The notes beneath the pieces were generated by a model. That model worked only from the letters and a program-made list of their open reading frames with translations. It ran no database searches and had not been told where the DNA came from. A DNA stretch of 64,000 bases from Octopus sinensis (Eukaryota). Positions within the stretch are counted from its first letter, which is position 1, and the number at the start of each line of letters is the position of its first letter. The DNA lies in contig NC_043004.1 of the NCBI RefSeq assembly GCF_006345805.1, forward strand, positions 94,798,001-94,862,000, written 5' to 3'. This document shows positions 26,435-40,300 of this stretch, piece after piece. The translations under genes and the position numbers were made by a program.

Positions 26435-29289
26435 ATGTATATATGTATATATATCTGTTGTTCTTTATTTGAATGAAAGGGGTCACGTCTATTTTTCAGA
26501 AGATGGGTACTAGTCTATGTCTTCAACAACCTTATGATATTGTAAAATTGCCAAATATGCCTAGCTGCCTGAAAGTACATGTTATAGGTGCAGGAAAGGC
26601 TGTATGATACAGACAATCACATTGCAACTGTAGCAGCTTCGTCATGTGTATTCCAGTACAGTCTCAGATTAATAAAAGTTTTGTCGATGAAATTTAGTAC
26701 GCAGACTCCATATGGAAGTTCATTTCTGTTTATGTGTGGCAGGCATATTATCCTGTCTAACATTACCACTGGGTCTGTCCGAAGTCTCAGATGAGTTCAG
26801 TCCGTTGTAAGCATTTGAGCCAAATCTCTGAACTGGTCATAATATCCTGCTTTCCTTCCAACAGCCATGGAGGTATTAAGAAAGAATCATGAACAATGTC
26901 CCTTCTAACTTTTACAGTGAGTATGAGCAAAAATTAGCTTGTGAGCAAATTTTGCTTTTCTTTGAGAAATATCTGCACTTCCAACTGAATAACCATTTTC
27001 AAATACAAAAAAGAAAATATATATAATCTTGAAAATTTTATGCATACACATTTTTTCCTTTGTGCACTTAGATGTAAAACATGCATGCGTGTGCACAAAT
27101 GCACAAATTAAAGGGAACATTGGTCATGAGTGCAACCTTCCTCCACTAATGTATTAAAAAGAAGTGGGGTAGGGAGAATTCACAAACAACCCTGCACCCT
27201 TTGAGGTAAATAGCTTATTCACTGCTGCACTATGACAGCCAGTGAACTGAGAGACATACTATGTATGTTTGGATTCCACCAATTCTTTCAAGCTCTCATA
27301 TTGCCAGACTTTCTTCACTGGGATTCAATCCATTGACATGTCATATTCAAGGTTTACAACCTTATTTATTGTTCGACCGAGACATGTATTCAGCTAGCTT
27401 GCAACTATTTGAATCCATATGGGACTGATGTCAGAGTCAGAAATACTGATAATATTATCTGAAATCTAACAAGGCAACTTCTATAGTTTTGTTTTTTTGG
27501 CTCTTTTTTACAGTTTTACAATTTCTGTCACATACTTTTTTTTTTTTTTTTTTTTGTTATTCTTTCACTATGAATTGGGTGAGTTTTGTTTCCTGAAGCA
27601 AATGATTTTTATTAACTGGGAGCTATTCTTAAATTGAACAGTTCAACCATGAAATAAGAGTGAAACATCATTTTACAGTGAAAGAAATTAACTTGCAAAA
27701 GAGCATAGCATGCTTGTACTCCGTTCTGAACCTAGGATCGTGCGTTCAGTAGCCCAACACCTTACTTTTACAGCTATTGTGGCTTTTAAAATTTGCCTTA
27801 TCTTTCAGTGTGGTATCATTGTGCTGATTGAGACTTCTGTGTGTTCTCATTTAACAATATCTAAGAGACGACTGATAGTAGGATGTTAGTTTGTGCTCCT
27901 GCCATTAACCAACTTATATCTCTTTAATAGTGTTTTGAAACGCTATGGAGACTGCTTCTTAATGGTAATGAGTGAGAAAAATAAAAGACAGTATACAAAT
28001 AATGGTGCTCTAGTATGGCCTGAACTGTAATAAAAAAAAAACCGTTTGAAGAATTAAATAAATAATAGAACAAGTATGCAAATATATATATTTCTCTTTA
28101 TCTTCAAAGCACTTATCTTTAGCCATATCACACACTCTCTCAACACGTTTACACACAAATATATGCAGAATTATACACACACATACACTCACACGTAGTG
28201 GAAGACAATACTGGAGGAACAGGTCTAAGGTGCATGACAAAAGATTTTGATATCATTTAGTCTAGATAAGAATAAAGGAATGCTTAACAATACAGAAAAG
28301 GACAAATATTTATTCATATCACACTCAATTGAAATAACTACAGGGAATTTATGACATCTGAGATGTGATAAACTGTAGTAGGAGATATCCATATTAAATT
28401 GTTCAGACTAATAGACTTCAGTGTGGTGGGGTGGGGGGGGGGGTAGAGAGGACAGAAAGAGTGAAAATGGAAAATGGAATGTTCATAATATTTCTTAAGG
28501 GTGTTTACAAAATAATTGATCTAGTTGAAGCTGATTTTTGAACCTTAGTTCAAGACTTGGTTTGCCAAAATATTGTGACCCATGCTGTGGAACTAGTCAC
28601 CTTATGAATGTCTTTTCAAAATGAGAAATATTTCTTGAAAACATTTTGTTTTCCATTTAAAATATTAATAAATGTTGTAGCAGTGGATTGTTAAAGTATT
28701 TTGTGGTATTCAGGTATGGCCTTTAAGTTCTGCGTTCAGATCTTGCTGAGATCAACTGCTCCTTTTAGCCTCATGACATTGATAAAATATAATACCAGTC
28801 AAGTAGAGGCAATGTATTATAAACTTTCCCTCAAAAATGTATAGTTTTATGTCAATGTTAGTAATCAATATATATTCTTTATAAAGGCTGTGAACTGGCA
28901 GAACTGTTAGTACACCAGGCAAAATGCTTAGCGGGATTTCTTCTGTCTTTACATTCTGAGTTCAAAATGTTATGGTATGATTTGAAAGAGACTCTTAGCT
29001 GTTATTCTTTAAAGGTCAAACAATTAAATAAAAGGCTTCCTTCGATTCATGCTGCTGGTTATGGTGGTCTTGGTGCTTGTGGTAGTGTTGTTACTGCTGC
29101 TACTGTTGCTGTTGTTGCTGGGGTTTTTTTGGTGGTAGTGGTGGTGGTTGGAATTAGTGCCAGTTAACTTTACTATTTGAGCAAATCTATGATATGAAGT
29201 CAACACACACCAAACCACTTGATTGGTCTATATTTCTAGCTGTGGTCAAACCTGCTTTATTATTATGATAAATCTTATTGTTCTAATAG

Positions 29290-29626
29290 TTGTGGTACCA
29301 GTGCCAGTGGCACATTAGAGAACCATCCGAACGTGGCCGTAGCCAGCACCGCATCGACTGGCCTCCGTGCTGGTGGCACGTAACAAACAGCATCCGATTG
29401 TGGCCGTTGCCAGCCTCGCGTGGCCTCTGTGCCGGTGGCACATAAATAGCACCCACTACACTCACGGGGTGGTTGGTGTTAGGAAGGGCATCCAGCTGTA
29501 GAAACACTGCCAGATCTGACTGGCCTGGTGCAGGCTTCTGGCTTCCCAGACCCCAGTTGAACCGTCCAACCCATGCCAGTATGGAAAGCGGACGTTAAAC
29601 GATGATGATGATGATGATGATGATGA
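29290..29626 (+). mobile_element. Family C element
   Basis: About three internal tandem units, ggttggtgttaggaagggcatccagctg, (GAT)n tail. Confidence 0.85.
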
Positions 29627-30434
29627 TCTCCATTGCTTTAACTGTGACTGAAGGTGGAGATTTGGCTGTTATACTGTGAAGGCTGAGTAACAATACTGCA
29701 AGCGTGTCAGGTAAGAAAACAGGTAGAACTGATAGCAAACCAGGCAAAATGCTTATCAACATTTCATTTACCTGTGTGTTATGAGTTCAATTTCCATCAA
29801 GGTTGACTTTGCCTTTCATCCTTTAGGGGTTGATAAAATAAGTACCTGTTGAAAACTGGGGTCAAGACAATCGATCAGCCGCCCCTCCCCCGAAAATGCT
29901 GGCCTTGTGCCAAAATTTGTATCCAATATTGCAGCAGTTTCTTGTTCCCACTGTTGTTGTGTAGACTCTGAGCAGTCCTCATCAAATATGTTGCTTGTAA
30001 TACCTGTAAGGTAGATATCAGGACTATTAACTATGTTTTGATTATTTGACCTGTTAGAAATCTCTCTTGTCAGGCATATCTGCCATACCCTACATAAATC
30101 ACAATCTATCTTTTTAAAAGAAAGAAGATCAAATTCAGTAGTGTGCTCCTGGTCACTTTTTATGAGAAAAAATAAAAAATAAAAGGATGACATGGCTACA
30201 GCTTCAACAATGTTTTATTTCAGGGTTACTTGGAACTAACTAGTGCTAAGCAACTGTAATAAAACAGGCCTACAAGGGAACCTCAATTTTCTAGAAATAG
30301 CAGTTAAATCTCTTTTAAATCAAATTACACAGCCTTACAAAAGGACTTGAACTCCCTTCATGTATATGAAAAGATCATGGAATGGTCAGGGCCAGGATGC
30401 CTTTAGTCATAGGTTTTTTTCAATGTGAGCTAAT

Positions 30435-30580
30435 CATCATCATCATCATCATCATTTAGCGTCCGCTTTCCATGCTAGCATGGGTTGGACGGTTCAACTG
30501 GGGTCTGTGAAGCCAGAAGGCTGCATCAGGCCCAGTCTGATCTGGCAGTGTTTCTATGGCTGGATGCCCTTCCTAATGCT
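30435..30580 (-). mobile_element. Family C 3' fragment
   Basis: catttagcgtccgctttccatgctagcatgggttggacgg. Confidence 0.85.
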
Positions 30581-30861
30581 TAATATAGGACTAAAAAATA
30601 ATGGTAAAAACTACAATGCATCTTTCATGTAAAACAGAAAATTTTGTTCAGCCTCAAGTCATATCTGACTCAGCAAAAATCTGATCAAAGATGTTTCCAC
30701 TGTCAAAATCCCATCATTTGGTTTCAGACATCATGTACCTTGGACTATATTTTCCAATATATTCTCCATGTTATTTTTCAAGATGATAAAGGATGATGTG
30801 AAAATTTGACTGCTTTACTAGCAGGAAAAAGGATTGCATCGAGGACCCCTTATTGACTCGT

Positions 30862-30990
30862 TATTGATTTTCTCTTTACTCTTTTACTTGTTTCAGTCAT
30901 TTGACTGCGGCCATGCTGGAGCACCGCCTTTAGTCGAGCAAATCTACCCCGGGACTTATTCTTTGTAAGCCCAGTACTATTAGTCTCTTT
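30862..30990 (-). mobile_element. SINE family A 3' fragment
   Basis: tactcttttacttgtttcagtcatttgactgcggccatgctggagcaccgcc. Confidence 0.85.
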
Positions 30991-32321
30991 TGCCGGTTGT
31001 TGTTTATAATGATGATGATGATTTTGCTCTGCCACAGGTCAACCCTGGTCAAGCAGACCTATGATCAAAGCTTTTTTTAGCTATGATTATTTCATCTTAA
31101 TATCAAACAGTGTCATTTGGATTATATTATCCAATATGTACCCCATTCTTTTCTTTGCATTTTTTTTTTGAAGATGGCAGGGTGAGACTTGAAGAAGATT
31201 TAGCTGTTATTTTATTCTATGTAATTATGTATTAGAAGATAAATATTTGTGTCTGGAACTGGGATATGTGTTTATATAATTGATTATATAACTACCACCA
31301 TAATGTTCAGTTTAGCTAAGTTTTCTAACTCGTCAAAACTTAACTCTTTCTAAACAACGTAATTCTGGTATACAATTTTACTATATACAGTTTTGGACGC
31401 CAGTATCTTTTAATAACTGCATACAATTTTCCCTGGTTTTCGCTTGAGATCTCTAGATTGCTTTTTTATTGCTCTCGCTTGATTATGATATTATTTCTAA
31501 GGAATTATTGGTTATTGGAAAATGTTCTCGTTGTTCCTTTATAGAGAGCTGCAAAATGTTTCACATCATACTTGTACCACCATCTTTTATTAAACTAAAC
31601 TTATGAAACTCACAATGGTGATTCAGTAATTTTCTTTACGTTAGTTTATATTTAGAGTGTTATCAAAACACACTAAATGGAAAATATTTTCAAGAATTTG
31701 TATCTTCACAAAATATTGTACCCTTCCTTGAAAAAATATACTGCCTTATTTATTTATGATGAAGAAATAGTATTGCTCAAATGAATATTTCTGCTTATTG
31801 AACAACCAACATTTTGGGACTGCATGAGACATAATGTACATAATGTACTCATAATTTCTTAGAAATTTGTTACATTATCATACAAATTTTCTCTTAATTC
31901 TTAAATTGTTACAGGTCAGAATTTCATTTAGTGAGCAATTCAAATTCACCATCATCATCAACGTGAACCATGCCAATTTTTATTACCATTCAACCCCTAT
32001 GTGGTTGACCAACCTTGTAGAAATAACAACTAATTTGCCTTTAAATATTATTATAAAGTGGAAACTTTCAGATAATATAGTCTAAATACTATTCCCATTA
32101 CGCAATTTTTCATTTGCCTGAATTTCTTGCACCATCCACCTTAACTTCACAAACAATATTCAGCAACTCTTCTAAATAGAATATAAAATATAAAATATAA
32201 AATATAAAATATAAAACTGATAAGTTGATGGATTTCAGACTGTAAAGCCATGTTTATTATTACCATTATTTTTATGATTATTAAGGCAGTAAGCAGGTGT
32301 TCTAAGCATTCTTAGCATTCT

Positions 32322-33380
32322 AAGGCAGCAAGTTGGCAGAAACGTTAGCACGTCGGGCAAAATGCTTAGCGGTATTACGTCTGCCATTACGTTCTGAGTT
32401 CAAATTCCGCCGAGGTCAACTTTACCTTTCATCCTTTCGGGGTCGATAAATTAAGTACCAGTTACGCACTGGGGTCGATGTAATTGACTTAATACCTATG
32501 TCTGTCCTTGTTTGTCCCCTCTATGTTTAGCCCCTTGTGGGTAATAAAGAAATAGGTATTTCCTCTGCCACTACGTTCTGAGTTCAAATTCCACCAAGGT
32601 TGGCTTAGCCTTTCATCCTTTCAGAGTTGATTAAATAAGTACCAGTTACGCACTGGGGGTCGATGTAATGGATTTAATCTCTTTGTCTGTCCTTGTTTGT
32701 CCCCTCTCTGTTTAGCCCCTTGTGGGCAGTAAAGAAATAAGAAACGTTAGCATGCCAGGCAAAACGCTTAGCGGTATTTCATCTGTCTTTGTGTTCTGAG
32801 TTCAAATTCCACCAAGGTTGATTTTGCCTTTCATCCTTTCAGGGTCGATAAATTAAGTACCAGTGAAACACTGGGATCGATATAATCGACTAGTCACCAC
32901 CCAACAAATTTGAGGCCTTGTGCCTCTAGTAGAAAGGATTATTATCATGATTATTAAGGCAGTGAGCAGGCAGAAACATTGGCATGCTGGGCGAAATGCT
33001 TTGCAGTATTTCATCTGTCTTTATGTTCTGAGTTTTCAAATTTTGCTGAGGTCAACTTTGCCTTTCATCTTTTTGAGGACGATAAATTAAGTAACTGTTA
33101 CATACTGGGGTCAATCTAATCGACTGGTTCCCTCCCCCAAAATTTGGGGCCTTGTGTCTAGAGTAGAAAAGATTATTATTATTATGATTATTATTATTAA
33201 GGTGGTAAACTGGTGGGACCATTTTCACACCAGAGAAAATGATTAGTCTCATTTTGTCCATCTTTACATTCAGAGTTCAAATTCTGTCGTGGTCAACTTT
33301 GCCTTTCATCCTTTTGGAGGTCAATAACTTAATTACCAGTGAAATTTCAGGCATGGTGCCTATAGTAGAAAGGATTATTA
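32322..33380 (+). mobile_element. Head-to-tail array of five SINE B units (two tail 1, three tail 2)
   Basis: Five repeats of the gagttcaaatt...gcctttcatc...gataaattaagta domain. Confidence 0.9.
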
Positions 33381-33382
33381 TA

Positions 33383-33421
<39 letters not shown>

Positions 33422-33424
33422 GTT

Positions 33425-33592
33425 ATTATTATTCAGTAGTTTTATTTTTATAGCATGCTTTCACTTCACTACTGAGCACAGCTCTGTGTGCCTTGGGTAT
33501 GTGCTGTGATTTGTTGTGATGCTCTGATGGTTATTGTATGGAAAGTGTTCTGCGTAGAATGTGTGCAGTGCCTAGTAGTGCAATTTTCTGTT
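33425..33592 (-). mobile_element. 3' end of R4/Dong-like LINE, subfamily 2, inside (TAA)n
   Basis: QKIALLGTAHILRRTLSIQ*; the UTR ends actactgaataataat; (TTA)n on both sides. Confidence 0.8.
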
Positions 33593-33600
33593 TATTATTA

Positions 33601-33640
<40 letters not shown>

Positions 33641-34121
33641 CATCATTATTATTATTATTATTATTATTATGATTGTGAAGTTCATCCTACCACCTTCCTT
33701 TGGCTAGCACAAGCCCACATTGACAATTTCAGTTTCCATTTGGAAAGAAGAGTGAAGATGGAGAAAGAGGTATTGTCTCCAACTGAATTCGTTGAAAGGT
33801 GAGGGAATGTAGCTAGAATGCCTCGAGTAAATGGGCCTGCTCTAAGCATGCGCATTTAGACTGGAATTTATGGAGGAGAAAGTGCACTTACTATGGTGCA
33901 GCTGTTGAGCAGGATGACTCAGAATCTGTGGGGGCCACACTTAGATGACACTCTTTCCAATTGGAGATTTTCATTGTTAGTAATTTCAGTGTTAATTTTC
34001 ACTGTTTTTATTGTTTACATGTTTTATGCAAACCCCACTATACCTTGTTTTGTATCATCTGTTTCATTCTGCGTGTCACCCTTGTGGCCAATAAATAATG
34101 ATAATAATTATCATTATTATT

Positions 34122-34304
34122 ATTATATTGTCTTTGCACAGCTTCTAACGCTGGAGGTATACTACGGTGTCAGCTATTCACTACCAGTGAACTAAGGTAA
34201 CACTCCTTATTTTTCAAGCACCATCCAGAATGTTCAAACGGTTCCAAGCAGTACAGTTTTCTGCAAGCCCTCCACCCTTATTGCAGCCCCTGTTTGTTCC
34301 ATGT

Positions 34305-34310
<6 letters not shown>
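34122..34310 (-). mobile_element. 3' end of R4/Dong-like LINE, subfamily 3, inside (TAA)n
   Basis: YMEQTGAAIRVEGLQKTVLLGTV*TFWMVLEK*; flanked by TAA arrays. Confidence 0.7.
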
Positions 34311-34372
<62 letters not shown>

Positions 34373-34470
34373 CATTATTATTATTATTATCATCATTATT
34401 ATTATTATTATCATTATTATTATTATTATCATCATTATTATTATTATCATTATTATTATTATTATTATTA

Positions 34471-34520
<50 letters not shown>

Positions 34521-34521
34521 G

Positions 34522-35058
34522 AGTGAGAGAGCAGTTCATGCCATCAAAGTGACACTGGGGTAAAATATACGAAGCCCAATATACCCATCATGACTACCCG
34601 TCTGATAAAGGTACACCAGGCACATGCATCACAACCATATGTGCGCGACATGGTGATCTCATATCAAGATAAACAGCACATGACCTTGCAGGTGGGGCCC
34701 AGTTAGAATTTTCTTCAGGTCGAGTAGCCCATCCTGCTTAAAAGGTCCCTGAATAAGGATTGTTTAAGGATGTTGAAAGAACCACCCATGTTTCCAAAGG
34801 TGAATTATCCAAACTTCTAAGAATTCCTTCCAACACATGACTATGATGCTCCCCCACTACTTCCGCTCGTGATCAGAGATGCACATATCGTCAGCCACTA
34901 AGGGACATGCTCAACTGGTTACGGTCAAACAACTGACAAGCAAATCTGTGGTATTGAGCAGAATATTTGCTGTAGCCCATCTTTTATACCAAGACAAAAC
35001 AATGTACATGATGACACTTCCAATCAGTTAACATCAGATGCCATGAGAGCCACTGTCT
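34522..35058 (-). mobile_element. Unclassified ~540-bp non-coding element (family G) ending in (AAT)n
   Basis: GC-richer complex sequence between TTA arrays, no ORF; single copy here, so repeat status is inferred. Confidence 0.45.
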
Positions 35059-35067
35059 TTATTATTA

Positions 35068-35245
35068 TTATCATCATTCAGTAGTTTTATTTTTATAGCG
35101 TGCTTTCACTTCACTACCGAGCACAGCTCTGTGTGTCTTGGATATATGCTGTGATTTGTTGTGATGCTCTGATGGTTATTATATGGAAAGTGTTCTGCGT
35201 AGGATGTGTGCAGTGCTTAGTAGTGCAATTTTCTGTATGTTATAT
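35068..35245 (-). mobile_element. 3' end of R4/Dong-like LINE, subfamily 2
   Basis: Near-identical to 33425-33592 (QKIALLSTAHILRRTLSI). Confidence 0.8.
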
Positions 35246-35390
35246 GTGTTTGTAAGTCCTGGTGTTTTTGTTAAGTATTTATCTGAATATTTTCTTTATC
35301 ATGCCTAATGCGCCTACTATGATAGGAATTGTTTGTTTTTAGATTTTACATTCTAGTTACCTCTATTTCCAGGTCTTTATATTATTATTA

Positions 35391-35423
<33 letters not shown>

Positions 35424-36353
35424 GAATGTGGGGAGTTGGCAGAATCATTAGCATGCTCAACAAAATGTTTTGCAGCATTTCTTCTGGCTTAACACTTCAG
35501 TTCAAATATCACTGAGGTCGACTTTGCCTTTCATGGGCAATAGAATTGACTTGTGCCCTACCACAAAGTTTGATACCTTGTGCCTATAAGAGAAAGAACT
35601 ACTACTACTACTACTACCACCACCACCACCACTACTACTACTACTACTGTATTTGATGAAATGTTTTTTACTATCTCTCTTCAAAACACAATTTTTTAAG
35701 CACTACCAGATGAAAGCTTCTTTGGAATATTTGATAAAACAGACCCTCGATACCTAGAGACAGACAACAACAGATAAAAAGGTTTGTTTTACGAATTTTT
35801 AATATAAATTTATGAACTATTTTTTTTCACGTACAAATAGTTACCAAACACACACACAGACACATATATAAAATTGTTGGAAAAAACACTAACGGGAATA
35901 AAAAGGAAAAAATATCAAAAGAATAGACAACACAAAATTTTAAAAAAACGTATGATGCGGCACAATTTCTTCAAAATAACAATGATACTACTCTCTCAGA
36001 AAAATAACGAAGACAATGAAGAGGATGAGGAACTCACTGTCCTTCGAAAATCAAAGAATTAATGAACAAAATTATGCCCCTGTGGTACCATTGTTTTTTA
36101 AGAGGTAAGAATGACACAAAGCACACAGCTTCACAATATAAGCAACTTAATTATTAATAAAATAAAACTAAGAAATCACACCGAACTCATATTTTGAATA
36201 TCTTGAAATTATCATCACCAAATGTCTCAAAACGTGCTTACTAGTGCATTTAGTTGCACTCATATCCAGCCCGGAAAAGGACTAATGGGTAGGATTTTGG
36301 TATGCCCAAACCGAAACTGACCAGTCATCTTTCTGTTATAACTTCTTTTAATT

Positions 36354-36707
36354 ATGCGAGGTATACTAGCCATCTCAATATGGCTAACCACTAAGGGTGG
36401 GTGTTACTGTAGCTTGTAGCCCCAGGAGAACACCGTCTCCAGCTGGCTTTAGGCACACTTTCCGTGCCCTTATGGTATTTAAAACCGGTGATTGTCGTAC
36501 GCTGAGGACAGGTCAATATCTAGAAACTGCAGTCCGTGCGTATCACTTAGGTTGACGAGGGAAGGATGATCTCCCTTTGCAAATACCATAAGCGCACAGA
36601 AAGTGTGCCTAAAGCCAGCTGGAGACGATGTTCTCCTGGGGCTACAAGCTGCAGTAACACCCACCCTTAGTGGTTAGCCATATTGAGATGGAAAGTATGC
36701 CTCACAT
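36354..36707. mobile_element. Fold-back MITE with ~127-bp terminal inverted repeats
   Basis: 36354-36480 is the reverse complement of 36581-36707 with few mismatches; ~100-bp spacer; no ORF. Confidence 0.85.
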
Positions 36708-37087
36708 TGTCGTGCAGTTACTGTTTATACCTCGTTCAGAGATTTATTATTTCTTTTAATTAATTTTTTAAAATATTACTGCTGGTTTTGTCGTAGCTTT
36801 CTAGGATTGAAAAATCAATAAATCATATAGTAGAAAGAATCCAATATTAACTCATTATAGGTCTGGTTACTCATAAATGATATCTATTATTCTTTCCCCT
36901 GCTCCGGTCATTGGACTACGACCATGCAGGAGTTACGCCTTTAAATATCATAGTCAGTTATATTGACCGTAGTACTTTAAATGGTTGCCGATTTTATAAA
37001 ATGGTTAATTTTTCTAAAGTTTCACAGTTTTAGAGAATTCTATATACGAAAAATAAAATATCGTCTTGAACAGAACCCTAAACACAC

Positions 37088-37164
<77 letters not shown>

Positions 37165-39289
37165 TACATATATACATGTACACACGTATATACATAGACA
37201 GACAGACAGACAGACAGAGAGCGTGTATATGTAAAAGGAAAGTTAGGCTTCTGCACAATTTCCAAGGACTGAATTTGCTAAAACAGCAAATATTAACCAA
37301 GATATTGCACAGTAGGATTGATCTTGGAACCACTAGTTTAGGAAACGAACATCTTAAACATACAGCTATTCCTGCACATATGATTAACTCTTTTTTCTTA
37401 ATCTGGTTATAAAAAAAAAGAAAAGAAAAATGGTTTTAAAAGTATGATCTTTAAGATTTTAAAGCAAGGTTACTTGTAAAAATTAAGCAAGCTGCATGTT
37501 TAAGATCCCGTAAGAAATCTCCTTATCAATAATTAAGTCACATTTTGGTTGCGGTGAACCACTAATTAGTATTTTGGTACCGTCTTTCTGTTCACACATT
37601 GAACGAGGCTATTGTTTACAAATGCATGTAAAAGATTTAAGATGTAAATTTTGAGTTTTCCATTAATATCTCCAAGAATTCACTTTATTTATCCTCTAGT
37701 GTGTGCGCACACACATGCACTTACACACATGCACGCACACGTTCTTTTATTGGTTTCATTCTGAAGAACTACCTTCAGGGACTTTTCTTTGTATTGACTC
37801 TGTTAATTATTTTAGGTCTTCTATTTAATTTATCGAAATCTATTTAACGAAGGGCTCAGTTTTTTTTCTTTTTCTGAATAAAGAAATACAACATGACACA
37901 AACACACATACACATATAACAGCTTACATGCATACACACATTCACACACACACACACGCACATACATACACATATAGTTCGATCAATGGAACTGTCAAAA
38001 TGTAGAATTTTCTAATAGTCTAGCATATGGGTACATATGCACATGTCTAAATTCGTAGCTAAATGTATGAGATACATACATAAAACAAAACATACAGATC
38101 TTCACATGCACTGACTCCAAATACTTGCACATATACCCACATATACACAGATACATGTACGATTATCCTGTTGATGGTGGAAGGCCAGTAAAGAAGCCTT
38201 AGATCTCGGTTAGGGTTTCTTCTCATTATCAAGAAATCTAGAAATAAAACTAGATAACGTACGTAAATACATGGGGTTCTTGAAAAAGTTACTGAAAATG
38301 TTTGACCTCACCCACCACACAACTTCCTTTGTTATAGCCACCAGAAAAAGGCGAAGTAACTACCCTTCCATGCCAAAGAAAGATGATGAATAGATCTCCA
38401 CAAAAGACTTCCCTAATAGCTGAATCCATCTTATATGTGATAACAACTGTTCGACATAAACCCAGAAATCAACAATGCACAAACATAAAAACATGTTTAT
38501 TGTATGGTTTCATCCTTTTGGGAACATTTCATACGAATTTAGTAGCTGGTGGTTCCAACATGGCCACACCTGTAGAGTTTATCCACAAAGTTTTCTTTCA
38601 CAAGCACTGCTAAGTTAAGAATTTCAGAAATTATTTGTGACATCTAAGATTTCCAGAACAGACTATTCAAACCGTTCTTGTCGACGCCCAGAATCGTTCC
38701 CTGGACATCGTTTCTTATACTGTCCAATAAACCGGTGTAGAATGTAACGGTTGACATTCAACAAACAGCATTCTCAGGATGGTAAATTTCAGCAAGCATC
38801 TGGCATCGTTCCAGATGCCAGACTCCCAAGTAATAATCAAAATAATTATAGTATATATCATAGGAACCAAGCCATAAGTTTTCGGTAAAAAGTTTATTCC
38901 ATCGACCCTAAAACTTGAGGGCTAGTTATTTCGACGCCGGTAAATGCATGTATGTATGTATGTATGTATGTATGTATGTATGTATGTATGTATGTATGTA
39001 TGCATACATGTATGTATGTATGTGTGTATGTAAACCTGGAAGGCTTTTCATCGGTCGTCTACTGATTTAACTGTCATTCTAATAATTTATCTGTTGTTTA
39101 GCAATTTATCTGTCATTTTATTGATTTATCTGTCACCTTATTGATTTAACTATCACTCTTTTGATTTATCTGTCTCTAATGTTTCGGACAGGAAATACTA
39201 CAGCTGCTATTGATAATAATAATAACAACAACAACATCAACAATAACAATAATAATAATAAACATAATAATAATAATAATAATAATAAT

Positions 39290-39483
39290 AATCCTTTCTA
39301 ATATAGGCACAAAGCCTGAAATTTGCGGGAGGGGGACTAGTCGATCACATCGACCTCAGTGTTTCACTGGTACTTAAATTATCGACTCCAAAAGTTTGAA
39401 AGGCAAAGTGATTCTCGGCGGAATTTGAACTCAGAACGTAACGACGGGTGAAATATCGCTATGCTTTTCATCCGGCGTGCTAA
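39290..39483 (-). mobile_element. SINE family B (tail 2)
   Basis: Reverse complement of the B domain and of gactagtccccctcccgcaaatttcaggctttgtgcc. Confidence 0.8.
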
Positions 39484-39484
39484 T

Positions 39485-39920
39485 AAACTGTCCACAGTCT
39501 GTCTACCCTATGTGAAAGGCCTCTCCGAAAAGGTACGAAAGATATGTGGCCTATATGACATCAGGACAGTATTCAAGAGTAATATAGCACTTCGCAAATA
39601 TCTCCGAGTAAAACCACCAAGAGAAGAAAATATGACCAAAGACTGTATGTACTCCAACCCATGCAGCCGTGATAGGTTATAAAAAGGAGAAACATGCCGG
39701 CCCCTCAAAATAAGGATAGACGAACATCGCAAAGCTTTGACACGAGAAGATATTGATAAATCAGGTATAGCTGATCATATATGGAAAAGTGGAGACCATC
39801 TCCCCCTGTGGGATGAAGTTAAGATAATAGAGAACACCAATGAAAAATACGAAAACTAAAAGAAGAAGCAGATACGCTAGGACACAACAACCTCCTAAGC
39901 AGACCGAGTGCAGATATTAA
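39485..39920 (+). pseudogene. Penelope-like element C-terminus with GIY-YIG endonuclease, degraded
   Basis: TVCLPYVKGLSEKVRKICG...CMYSNPCSRDRL*KGETCRPLKIRIDEHRKA...SGIADHIWK...LWDEVKII. Confidence 0.85.
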
Positions 39921-40014
39921 GGAAGGATAAGGAAATATTAGATTTATAAGCCCTAAAATTCATTTCATAATTGGTTAATTAGCGAGCGGTATTATTTATC
40001 TACTTCCGAAGAAT

Positions 40015-40300
40015 AATTAAACCAAATTTCCCCAACACTATCGGTCAATATCACGTCTGTCTACCATGTATAAAATTTTACCATCCATCCTCGTGGAGAA
40101 AACATACAAATTTATGGAACAGAACGGTATTTGGTTTTGATAAATGTGCCAAGGTCACTCTCCAGAAAGGATAACTGAAGACCTCACATTCAGTGATGTT
40201 AGACTCACAAATACCTCGGAATAAATGAAGGCTCTGGCATTCAACATACAAGTATGAAAGGGAAGATCAGGAAGGAGGGTTACAGGAGAGTTCGAGCATT
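40015..40300 (+). pseudogene. R4/Dong-like RT fragments joined across an internal deletion
   Basis: HYRSISRLSTMYKILPSIL, then FDKCAKVTLQKG, then KYLGINEGSGIQHTSMKGKIRKEGYRRVRA. Confidence 0.7.

Noticed and set aside
29816-30193. 125-aa minus-strand ORF
   Set aside because: It runs into a SINE B copy; no recognisable domain or consistent splice pair.
38300-38830. Possible Tc1-like remnant and a 9-bp hairpin at 38799-38822
   Set aside because: Protein resemblance is too weak, and one short hairpin is expected by chance.
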